From Lingula anatina (taxonomy: Eukaryota > Animalia > Brachiopoda), in assembly GCA_051362555.1 (NCBI GenBank), contig CM120648.1, forward strand, positions 14,256,587 to 14,320,586: 64,000 bases of DNA, given 5' to 3'. The notes below the pieces were generated by a model that saw only the letters and a program-made list of their open reading frames with translations, did no database searches and had not been told where the DNA came from. This document shows positions 12,101 through 23,573 of this stretch, piece after piece (the stretch's first letter is position 1; each line of letters begins with the position of its first letter). A program made the translations under genes and the position numbers.

Positions 12101-15100
12101 CACTGATTGCGTTAGTTGCGACGGAGTCCATGATTTTTAAAGTACTTTTAAAGGGACTGGAGCCAGTTTTGACGGCTTCGACTTTCCGATTGCGTTAGTT
12201 GAGACGGACCTTTCGGGACCCTTAAGACCCACTGATTGCGTTAGCTGCGACGGAGTCCATGATTTTTAAAGTACTTTTAAAGGGACTGGAGCCAGTTTTG
12301 ACGGCTTCGACTTTCCGATTGCGTTAGTTGAGACGGACCTTTCGGGACCCTTAAGACCCACTGATTGCGTTAGCTGCGACGGAGTCCATGATTTTTAAAG
12401 TACTTTTAAAGGGACTGGAGCCAATTTTGACGGCTTCGACTTTGCGATTGCGTTACTTGAGACGGACCTTTCGGGACCCTTAAGACCCACTGATTGCGTT
12501 AGTTGCGACGGAGATCATGATTTTTAAGGTACTTTTAAAGGGACTGGAGCCAATTTTGACGGCTTCGAGTTTTCGATTGCGTTAGTTGAGACGGACCTTT
12601 CGGGACCCTTAAGAGCCACTGATTGCGTTAGTTGCGACGGAGTCCATGATTTTTAAAGTACTTTTAAAGGGACTGGAGCAAATTTTGACGGCTTCGACTT
12701 TGCGATTGCGTTAGTTGAGACGGAGTCCATGATTTTTAAAGTACTTTTAAAGGGACTGGAGCCAATTTTGACGGCTTCGACTTTCCGATTGCGTTAGTTG
12801 AGACGGACCTTTCGGGACCCTTAAGACCCACTGATTGCGTTAGTTGCGACGGAGTCCATGGTTTTTAAAGTACTTTTAAAGGGACTGGAGCCAATTTTGA
12901 CGGCTTCGACTTTCCGATTGCGTTAGTTGAGACGGACCTTTCGGGACCCTTAAGACCCACTGATTGCGTTAGTTGCGACGGAGTCCATGGTTTTTAAAGT
13001 ACTTTTAAAGGGACTGGAGCCAATTTTGACGGCTTCGACTTTCCGATTGCGTTAGTTGAGACGGACCTTTCGGGACCCTTAAGACCCACTGATTGCGTTA
13101 GTTGCGACGGAGTCCATGGTTTTTAAAGTACTTTTAAAGGGACTGGAGCCAATTTTGACGGCTTCGACTTTCCGATTGCGTTAGTTGAGACGGACCTTTC
13201 GGGACCCTTAAGACCCACTGATTGCGTTAGTTGCGACGGAGTCCATGATTTTTAAAGTACTTTTAAAGGGACTGGAGCCAATTTTGACGGCTTCGACTTT
13301 GCGATTGCGTTACTTGAGACGGACCTTTCGGGACCCTTAAGACCCACTGATTGCGTTAGTTGCGACGGAGATCATGATTTTTAAGGTACTTTTAAAGGGA
13401 CTGGAGCCAATTTTGACGGCTTCGAGTTTTCGATTGCGTTAGTTGAGACGGACCTTTCGGGACCCTTAAGAGCCACTGATTGCGTTAGTTGCGACGGAGT
13501 CCATGATTTTTAAAGTACTTTTAAAGGGACTGGAGCAAATTTTGACGGCTTCGACTTTGCGATTGCGTTAGTTGAGACGTAGTCCATGATTTTTAAAGTA
13601 CTTTTAAAGGGACTGGAGCCAATTTTGACGGCTTCGACTTTCCGATTGCGTTAGTTGAGACGGACCTTTCGGGACCCTTAAGAGCCACTGATTGCGTTAG
13701 TTGTGACGGAGTCCATGATTTTTAAAGTACTTTTAAAGGGACTGGAGCCAATTTTGACGGCTTCGACCTTGCGATTGCGTAAGTTGAGACGGACCTTTCG
13801 GGACCCTTAAGACCCACTGATTGCGTTAGTTGCGACGGAGTCCATGATTTTTAAAGTACTTTTAAAGGGACTGGAGCCAATTTTGACGGCTTCGACTTTC
13901 CGATTGCGTTAGTTGAGACGGACCTTTCGGGACCCTTAAGACCCACTGATTGCGTTAGCTGCGACGGAGTCCATGATTTTTAAAGTACTTTTAAAGGGAC
14001 TGGAGCCAATTTTGACGGCTTCGACTTTCCGATTGCGTTAGTTGAGACGGACCTTTCGGGACCCTTAAGACCCACTGATTGCGTTAGTTGCGACGGAGTC
14101 CATGATTTTTAAAGTAATTTTAAAGGGACTGGAGCCAATTTTGACGGCTTCGACTTTCCGATTGCGTTAGTTGAGACGGACCTTTCGAGACCCTTAAGAC
14201 CCACTGATTGCGTTAGTTGCGACGGAGTCCATGATTTTTAAAGTACTTTTAAAGGGACTGGAGCCAATTTTGACGGCTTCGACTTTCCGATTGCGTTAGT
14301 TGAGACGGACCTTTCGGGACCCTTAAGACCCACTGATTGCGTTAGTTGCGACGGAGTCCATGATTTTTAAAGTAATTTTAAAGGGACTGGAGCCAATTTT
14401 GACGGCTTCGACTTTCCGATTGCGTTAGTTGAGACGGACCTTTCGAGACCCTTAAGACCCACTGATTGCGTTAGTTGCGACGGAGTCCATGATTTTTAAA
14501 GTACTTTTAAAGGGACTGGAGCCAATTTTGACGGCTTCGACTTTCCGATTGCGTTAGTTGAGACGGACCTTTCGGGACCCTTAAGACCCACTGATTGCGT
14601 TAGTTGCGACGGAGTCCATGGTTTTTAAAGTACTTTTAAAGGGACTGGAGCCAATTTTGACGGCTTCGACTTTCCGATTGCGTTAGTTGAGACGGACCTT
14701 TCGGGACCCTTAAGACCCACTGATTGCGTTAGTTGCGACGGAGTCCATGATTTTTAAAGTACTTTTAAAGGGACTGGAGCCAATTTTGACGGCTTCGACT
14801 TTGCGATTGCGTTAGTTGAGACGGACCTTTCGGGACCCTTAAGACCCACTGATTGCGTTAGTTGCGACGGAGTCCATGATTTTTAAAGTACTTTTAAAGG
14901 GACTGGAGCCAGTTTTGACGGCTTCGACTTTCCGATTGCGTTAGTTGAGACGGACCTTTCGGGACCCTTAAGACCCACTGATTGCGTTAGCTGCGACGGA
15001 GTCCATGATTTTTAAAGTACTTTTAAAGGGACTGGAGCCAGTTTTGACGGCTTCGACTTTCCGATTGCGTTAGTTGAGACGGACCTTTCGGGACCCTTAA

Positions 15101-18100
15101 GACCCACTGATTGCGTTAGCTGCGACGGAGTCCATGATTTTTAAAGTACTTTTAAAGGGACTGGAGCCAATTTTGACGGCTTCGACTTTGCGATTGCGTT
15201 ACTTGAGACGGACCTTTCGGGACCCTTAAGACCCACTGATTGCGTTAGTTGCGACGGAGATCATGTTTTTAAGGTACTTTTAAAGGGACTGGAGCCAATT
15301 TTGACGGCTTCGAGTTTTCGATTGCGTTAGTTGAGACGGACCTTTCGGGACCCTTAAGAGCCACTGATTGCGTTAGTTGCGACGGAGTCCATGATTTTTA
15401 AAGTACTTTTAAAGGGACTGGAGCAAATTTTGACGGCTTCGACTTTGCGATTGCGTTAGTTGAGACGGAGTCCATGATTTTTAAAGTACTTTTAAAGGGA
15501 CTGGAGCCAATTTTGACGGCTTCGACTTTCCGATTGCGTTAGTTGAGACGGACCTTTCGGGACCCTTAAGACCCACTGATTGCGTTAGTTGCGACGGAGT
15601 CCATGGTTTTTAAAGTACTTTTAAAGGGACTGGAGCCAATTTTGACGGCTTCGACTTTCCGATTGCGTTAGTTGAGACGGACCTTTCGGGACCCTTAAGA
15701 CCCACTGATTGCGTTAGTTGCGACGGAGTCCATGGTTTTTAAAGTACTTTTAAAGGGACTGGAGCCAATTTTGACGGCTTCGACTTTCCGATTGCGTTAG
15801 TTGAGACGGACCTTTCGGGACCCTTAAGACCCACTGATTGCGTTAGTTGCGACGGAGTCCATGGTTTTTAAAGTACTTTTAAAGGGACTGGAGCCAATTT
15901 TGACGGCTTCGACTTTCCGATTGCGTTAGTTGAGACGGACCTTTCGGGACCCTTAAGACCCACTGATTGCGTTAGTTGCGACGGAGTCCATGATTTTTAA
16001 AGTACTTTTAAAGGGACTGGAGCCAATTTTGACGGCTTCGACTTTGCGATTGCGTTACTTGAGACGGACCTTTCGGGACCCTTAAGACCCACTGATTGCG
16101 TTAGTTGCGACGGAGATCATGATTTTTAAGGTACTTTTAAAGGGACTGGAGCCAATTTTGACGGCTTCGAGTTTTCGATTGCGTTAGTTGAGACGGACCT
16201 TTCGGGACCCTTAAGAGCCACTGATTGCGTTAGTTGCGACGGAGTCCATGATTTTTAAAGTACTTTTAAAGGGACTGGAGCAAATTTTGACGGCTTCGAC
16301 TTTGCGATTGCGTTAGTTGAGACGGAGTCCATGATTTTTAAAGTACTTTTAAAGGGACTGGAGCCAATTTTGACGGCTTCGACTTTCCGATTGCGTTAGT
16401 TGAGACGGACCTTTCGGGACCCTTAAGAGCCACTGATTGCGTTAGTTGTGACGGAGTCCATGATTTTTAAAGTACTTTTAAAGGGACTGGAGCCAATTTT
16501 GACGGCTTCGACCTTGCGATTGCGTAAGTTGAGACGGACCTTTCGGGACCCTTAAGACCCACTGATTGCGTTAGTTGCGACGGAGTCCATGATTTTTAAA
16601 GTACTTTTAAAGGGACTGGAGCCAATTTTGACGGCTTCGACTTTCCGATTGCGTTAGTTGAGACGGACCTTTCGGGACCCTTAAGACCCACTGATTGCGT
16701 TAGCTGCGACGGAGTCCATGATTTTTAAAGTACTTTTAAAGGGACTGGAGCCAATTTTGACGGCTTCGACTTTCCGATTGCGTTAGTTGAGACGGACCTT
16801 TCGGGACCCTTAAGACCCACTGATTGCGTTAGTTGCGACGGAGTCCATGATTTTTAAAGTAATTTTAAAGGGACTGGAGCCAATTTTGACGGCTTCGACT
16901 TTCCGATTGCGTTAGTTGAGACGGACCTTTCGAGACCCTTAAGACCCACTGATTGCGTTAGTTGCGACGGAGTCCATGATTTTTAAAGTACTTTTAAAGG
17001 GACTGGAGCCAATTTTGACGGCTTCGACTTTCCGATTGCGTTAGTTGAGACGGACCTTTCGGGACCCTTAAGACCCACTGATTGCGTTAGTTGCGACGGA
17101 GTCCATGGTTTTTTAAAGTACTTTTAAAGGGACTGGAGCCAATTTTGACGGCTTCGACTTTCCGATTGCGTTAGTTGAGACGGACCTTTCGGGACCCTTA
17201 AGACCCACTGATTGCGTTAGTTGCGACGGAGTCCATGGTTTTTAAAGTACTTTTAAAGGGACTGGAGCCAATTTTGACGGCTTCGACTTTCCGATTGCGT
17301 TAGTTGAGACGGACCTTTCGGGACCCTTAAGACCCACTGATTGCGTTAGTTGCGACGGAGTCCATGATTTTTAAAGTACTTTTAAAGGGACTGGAGCCAA
17401 TTTTGACGGCTTCGACTTTGCGATTGCGTTACTTGAGACGGACCTTTCGGGACCCTTAAGACCCACTGATTGCGTTAGTTGCGACGGAGATCATGATTTT
17501 TAAGGTACTTTTAAAGGGACTGGAGCCAATTTTGACGGCTTCGAGTTTTCGATTGCGTTAGTTGAGACGGACCTTTCGGGACCCTTAAGAGCCACTGATT
17601 GCGTTAGTTGCGACGGAGTCCATGATTTTTAAAGTACTTTTAAAGGGACTGGAGCAAATTTTGACGGCTTCGACTTTGCGATTGCGTTAGTTGAGACGGA
17701 GTCCATGATTTTTAAAGTACTTTTAAAGGGACTGGAGCCAATTTTGACGGCTTCGACTTTGCGATTGCGTTAGTTGAGACGGACCTTTCGGGACCCTTAA
17801 GAGCCACTGATTGCGTTAGTTGTGACGGAGTCCATGATTTTTAAAGTACTTTTAAAGGGACTGGAGCCAATTTTGACGGCTTCGACCTTGCGATTGCGTA
17901 AGTTGAGACGGACCTTTCGGGACCCTTAAGACCCACTGATTGCGTTAGTTGCGATGGAGTCCATGGTTTTTAAAGTACTTTTAAAGGGACTGGAGCCAAT
18001 TTTGAAGGCTTCGACTTTCAGATTGCGTTAGTTGAGACGGACCTTTCGGGACCCTTAAGACCCACTGATTGCGTTAGTTGCGACGGAGTCCATGATTTTT

Positions 18101-18439
18101 AAAGTACTTTTAAAGGGACTGGAGCCAATTTTGACGGCTTCGACCTTGCGATTGCGTAAGTTGAGACGGACCTTTCGGGACCCTTAAGACCCACTGATTG
18201 CGTTAGTTGCGATGGAGTCCATGATTTTTAAAGTACTTTTAAAGGGACTGGAGCCAATTTTGACGGCTTCGACTTTCCGATTGCGTTAGTTGAGACGGAC
18301 CTTTCGGGACCCTTAAGACCCACTGATTGCGTTAGTCGCGACGGAGTCCATGATTTTTAAAGTGCTTTTAAAGGGACTGGAGCCAATTTTGACGGCTTCG
18401 ACTTTCCGATTGCGTTAGTTAAGTCGGACCTTTCGGGAC
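9066..18439 (+). repeat. 129-bp satellite array, left (~74 monomers)
   Basis: Consensus GACTGGAGCCAATTTTGACGGCTTCGACTTTCCGATTGCGTTAGTTGAGACGGACCTTTCGGGACCCTTAAGACCCACTGATTGCGTTAGTTGCGACGGAGTCCATGATTTTTAAAGTACTTTTAAAGG; monomer starts at 9181 and 9310 are 129 apart. Confidence 0.99.
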
Positions 18440-19790
18440 GTGTAGAGAATGTGAAAAAAGACTTGTAGAGACGGTGAAAGGAGACGTGTAGAGAAGGTGA
18501 AAAGATATGTTAAAGAAGTATAACGGAAAAGATACGTGAAAAGAGACGTTTAAGGAAGTATAAAAGGTACGGAAAGAGACGTGTAGAGACGGTGAAAAGA
18601 GACGTGTAGAGAAGGTGAAAAGAGAACAAAAGAGAAATGAAATGAAGGATAAAAAAAAGCAAAAGAGACATGAAAAGAGACGTGTAGAGACGGTGAAAAG
18701 AGATTCGTAGATACGGCGAAAAGAGACGTGTAAAGAAGGTGAAAAGAGACGTGTAGAGTAGGTGGAAAGAGAACCGTAGAGAAGGTGAAAATAAAGGAAA
18801 AGTTACGTGAAAAGAGACGTGTAGAGAACGATAAAAGAGAGGAATAGAGACGTGTAGAGACGGTGAAAAGAGACGTGTAAAGAAGGTGAAAAGAGACGTG
18901 TAGAGTAGGTGGAAAGAGACGTGTAGAGAAGGTGAAAATAAAGGAAAAGTTACGTGAAAAGAGACGTGTAGAGAACGATAAAAGAGAGGAATAGAGACGT
19001 GTAGAGACGGTGAAAAGAGACGTGTAAAGAAGGTGAAAAGAGACGTGTAGAGTAGGTGATTGCGTTAGTCGCGACGGAGTCCATGATTTTTAAAGTGCTT
19101 TTAAAGGGACTGGAGCCAATTTTGACGGCTTCGACTTTCCGATTGCGTTAGTTAAGTCGGACCTTTCGGGACGTGTAGAGAATGTGAAAAAAGACTTGTA
19201 GAGACGGTGAAAGGAGACGTGTAGAGAAGGTGAAAAGATATGTTAAAGAAGTATAACGGAAAAGATACGTGAAAAGAGACGTTTAAGGAAGTATAAAAGG
19301 TACGGAAAGAGACGTGTAGAGACGGTGAAAAGAGACGTGTAGAGAAGGTGAAAAGAGAACAAAAGAGAAATGAAATGAAGGATAAAAAAAAGCAAAAGAG
19401 ACATGAAAAGAGACGTGTAGAGACGGTGAAAAGAGATTCGTAGATACGGCGAAAAGAGACGTGTAAAGAAGGTGAAAAGAGACGTGTAGAGTAGGTGGAA
19501 AGAGACGTGTAGAGAAGGTGAAAATAAAGGAAAAGTTACGTGAAAAGAGACGTGTAGAGAACGATAAAAGAGAGGAATAGAGACGTGTAGAGACGGTGAA
19601 AAGAGACGTGTAAAGAAGGTGAAAAGAGACGTGTAGAGTAGGTGGAAAGAGACGTGTAGAGAAGGTGAAAATAAAGGAAAAGTTACGTGAAAAGAGACGT
19701 GTAGAGAACGATAAAAGAGAGGAATAGAGACGTGTAGAGACGGTGAAAAGAGACGTGTAAAGAAGGTGAAAAGAGACGTGTAGAGTAGGT
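18325..19790 (+). repeat. 733-bp direct tandem duplication spanning the satellite/core junction
   Basis: GATTGCGTTAGTCGCGACGG at 18325 and 19058; AAGTCGGACC at 18421 and 19154. Confidence 0.95.
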
Positions 19791-20588
19791 GGAAAGAGAC
19801 GTGTAGAGAAGGTGAAAATAAAGGAAAAGTTACGTGAAAAGAGACGTGTAGAGAACGATAAAAGAGAGGAATAGAGACGTGTAGAGACGGTGAAAAGAGA
19901 CGTGTAAAGAAGGTGAAAAGAGACGTGTAGAGTAGGTGGAAAGAGACGTGTAGAGAAGGTGAAAATAAAGGAAAAGTTACGTGAAAAGAGACGTGTAGAG
20001 AACGATAAAAGAGAGGAATAGAGACGTGTAGAGACGGTGAAAAGAGACGTGTAAAGAAGGTGAAAAGAGACGTGTAGAGTAGGTGGAAAGAGACGTGTAG
20101 AGAAGGTGAAAATAAAGGAAAAGTTACGTGAAAAGAGACCTGTAGAGAACGATAAAAGAGAGGAATAGAGACGTGTAGAGACGGTGAAAAGAGACGTGTA
20201 AAGAAGGTGAAAAGAGACGTGTAGAGAAGGTGAAAAGAGACAAATAGAGAAGGATAAGAGAGAGGAATAGAGACGTGTAGAGAAGGTGAAAAGAAACGTG
20301 TAGAGAAGGTGAAAAGAAAAGAAAAGTTACGTGAAAAGAGACGGGTAGAGACGGTAAAAAGAAACGTGTAGAGAAGGATAAAAAAGAGGAATAGAGACGT
20401 GTAGAGACGATGAAAAGAGACATGAAAAGACGTTAAAAGAAAGATAAAAGAAAGGAAAAGATACAGAAAAAGAGACGTGTGGAAGGATAAAAGAAAGGAA
20501 AAGATATATGTAAAGAAAATGAAAAAATACACAATTAGAAGGATAAAAGAGACGTGTAGAGACATAAAAAGAGACGTGTAGAGATGGA
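18440..20588 (+). repeat. Purine-rich complex repeat (~23-bp unit AAAAGAGACGTGTAGAGA(C/A)GGTG) with a 147-bp higher-order unit
   Basis: GTTACGTG anchor at 18802 and 18949, then 19535, 19682, 19829, 19976, 20123 (147-bp spacing). Confidence 0.97.
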
Positions 20589-23573
20589 TTTCTCTTATAT
20601 TCTTTCTTTTCACAATTTTCTCTCTTTTTTCTTCTTTTTATAATTTTCTTTTATTGTTTTTTAAACTTCTTTTCAACGTCTCTTTTTACATCAATATTCT
20701 CGTCTCTTTTTCTTTCTTTTCACCGTCTCTACACTTCTCTTTTCACGTCTCTCTTCCTTTCTTTTATCTTTCTTTAAACATCTCTTTTCATGTCTCTTTT
20801 CCTTACTTTTATTCTTCATTTCACGTCTGTTTTCATGTCTCTACACGTCTCTTTACACGTCTCTTTTCCTTTCTTTTATCTTTCTTTAAACATCTCTTTT
20901 CATGTCTCTTTTCCTTACTTTTATTCTTCATTTCACGTCTCTTGTCCTCTCTTTTCACCGTCTCTACACGTCTCTTTTCACATCTCCTTTCCATTCTTTC
21001 TTTACACGTCTCTTTTCATGTCTTTACACGTCTCTTTACACGTCTCTTTTCCTTTCTTTTATCTTTTTTTAAAAATCTCTTTTCATGTCTCTTTTTCTTA
21101 CTTTTATTCTTCTTTTACACGTCTCTCTACACGTCTCTTTCCACCTACTCTACACGTCTCTTTTCACCGTCTCTACAAATCTTTTTTCACCGTCTCTACA
21201 CGTCTCTTTTCATGTCTCTTTTCCTTTTTTTTCCTTCTTTAAACGTCTCTTTTCCTTTCTTTACACCGTCTCTACACGTCTCTTTTCACCGTCTCTACAA
21301 ATCTTTTTTCACCGTCTCTACACGTCTTTTTTCACATCTTTCCATTCTTTTATCTTTCTCTACACGTCTCTTTACACGTCTCTTTACACGTTTCTTTTAT
21401 CTTTTTTAAAAATCTCTTTTCATGTCTCTTTTCCTTACTTTTATTCTTCTTTTCACCGTCTCTACACGTCTCTTTTTATGTCTCTTTTCCTTTTTTATTC
21501 TTCATTACACGTCTCTTTTCCTTTTTTTTCCTTCTTTACACGTCTCTTTACACGTCTCCACACGTCTCTTTTCATGTCTCTTTTCCTTTTTTTTCCTTCT
21601 TTACACGTCTCTTTTCCTTTCTTTTCACCTTCTCTACACGTCTCTTTCCACCTACTCTACACGTCTCTTTTCACCGTCTCTACAAATCTTTTTTCACCGT
21701 CTCTACACGTCTCTTTTCACATCTCTTTTCCTTTCTTTTATCCTTCTTTACACGTCTCTTTTCCTTTCTTTTATCTTTCTTTAAACATCTCTTTTCATGT
21801 CTATTTTCCTTTTTTTTTTTCCTTCTTTACACGTCTCTTTTCATGTCTCTACACGTCTCTTTACACGTCTCTTTTCCTTTTTTTTCCTTCTTTACATGTC
21901 TCTTTTCATGTCTCTTTTCCTTTCTTTTATCCTTCTTTACACGTCTCTTTTCCTTTCTTTACACCGTGTCTACACGTCTCTTTTCACATCTCTTTTCCTT
22001 TCTTTTCACCTTCTCTACACGTCTCTTTCCACCTACTCTACACGTCTCTTTTCACATCTCTTTTCCTTTCTTTTCACCTTCTCTACACGTCTCTTTCCAC
22101 CTACTCTACACGTCTCTTTTCACCGTCTCTACAAATCTTTTTTCACCGTCTCTACACACCTCTTTTCACATCTCCTTTCCATTCTTTTATCTTTCTTTTC
22201 ACGTCTCTTTTCATGTTTCTTTTCCTTTTTTTCTTTCTTTACACGTCTCTTTTCATGTCTCTACACGTCTCTTTACACGTCTCTTTTGCTTTCTTTTATC
22301 CTTCTTTACACGTCTCTTTTCCTTTCTTTTATCTTTCTTTAAACATCTCTTTTCATGTCTATTTTCCTTTTTTTTTTCCTTCTTTACACGTCTCTTTTCA
22401 TGTCTCTACACGTCTCTTTACACGTCTCTTTTCCTTTTTTTTCCTTCTTTACATGTCTCTTTTCATGTCTCTTTTCCTTTCTTTTATCCTTCTTTACACG
22501 TCTCTTTTCCTTTCTTTACACCGTGTCTACACGTCTCTTTTCACATCTCTTTTCCTTTCTTTCCACCTACTCTACACGTCTCTTTTCACATCTCTTTTCC
22601 TTTCTTTTCACCTTCTCTACACGTCTCTTTCCACCTACTCTACACGTCTCTTTTCACCGTCTCTACAAATCTTTTTTCACCGTCTCTACACACCTCTTTT
22701 CACATCTCCTTTCCATTCTTTTATCTTTCTTTTCACGTCTCTTTTCATGTTTCTTTTCCTTTTTTTCTTTCTTTACACGTCTCTTTTCATGTCTCTACAC
22801 GTCTCTTTAAACGTCTCTTTTGCTTTCTTTTATCCTTCTTTACACGTCTCTTTTTCTTTCTTTTATCTTTCTTTAAACATCTCTTTACACGTCTCTTTTC
22901 CTTTCTTTTATCCTTCTTTAAACATCTCTTTTCATGTCTATTTTCCTTTTTTTACCTTCTTTACACGTCTCTTTTCATGTCTCTACACGTCTCTTTACAC
23001 GTCTCTTTTCCTTTCTTTTATCCTTCTTTACACGTCTCTTTTCCTTTCTTTACACCGTCTCTACACATCTCTTTTCACCGTCTCTACACGTCTCTTTTCA
23101 CGCCTCTTTTTCTTTTTTTTATTCTTCATGTCACGTCTCTTTTCCTTTCTTTACACCGTGTCTACACGTCTCTTTTCACATCTCTTTTCCTTTCTTTTCA
23201 CCTTCTCTACACGTCTCTTTTCACAGTCTCTATAAATCTTTTTTCACCGTCTCTACACGTCTCTTTTCACATCTCCTTTCCATTCTTTTATCTTTTTTAA
23301 ACATCTCTTTTCATGTCTCTTTTCCTTTGTTTTAGCCTTCATTTCGTTTCTATTTTTGTTCTCTTTTCACCTTCTCTACACGTCTCTTTTCACCGTCTCT
23401 ACACGTCTCTTTTCGTACCTTTTATCCTTCCTTAAACGTCTCTTTTCACGTATCTTTTCCTTTCTTTTATACTTCTTTAACGTATCATTTCGCTTTCTCT
23501 ACACGTCTCTTTTCACCGTCTCTACAAGTCTCTTTTCACCGTCTCTTTTCCTCTCTTTTCACATTCTCTACAC
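20589..23573 (-). repeat. Pyrimidine-rich inverted counterpart of the core repeat (TACACGTCTCTTTT)
   Basis: Same motif on the opposite strand. 23300-23573 is a diverged reverse complement of 18440-18680. CATGTCTATTTTCC recurs near 21797, 22355 and 22934. Confidence 0.97.

Noticed and set aside
18440-23573. Canonical telomeric repeats at the centre
   Set aside because: No TTAGGG or TTAGG arrays are present; only the strand polarity is telomere-like.
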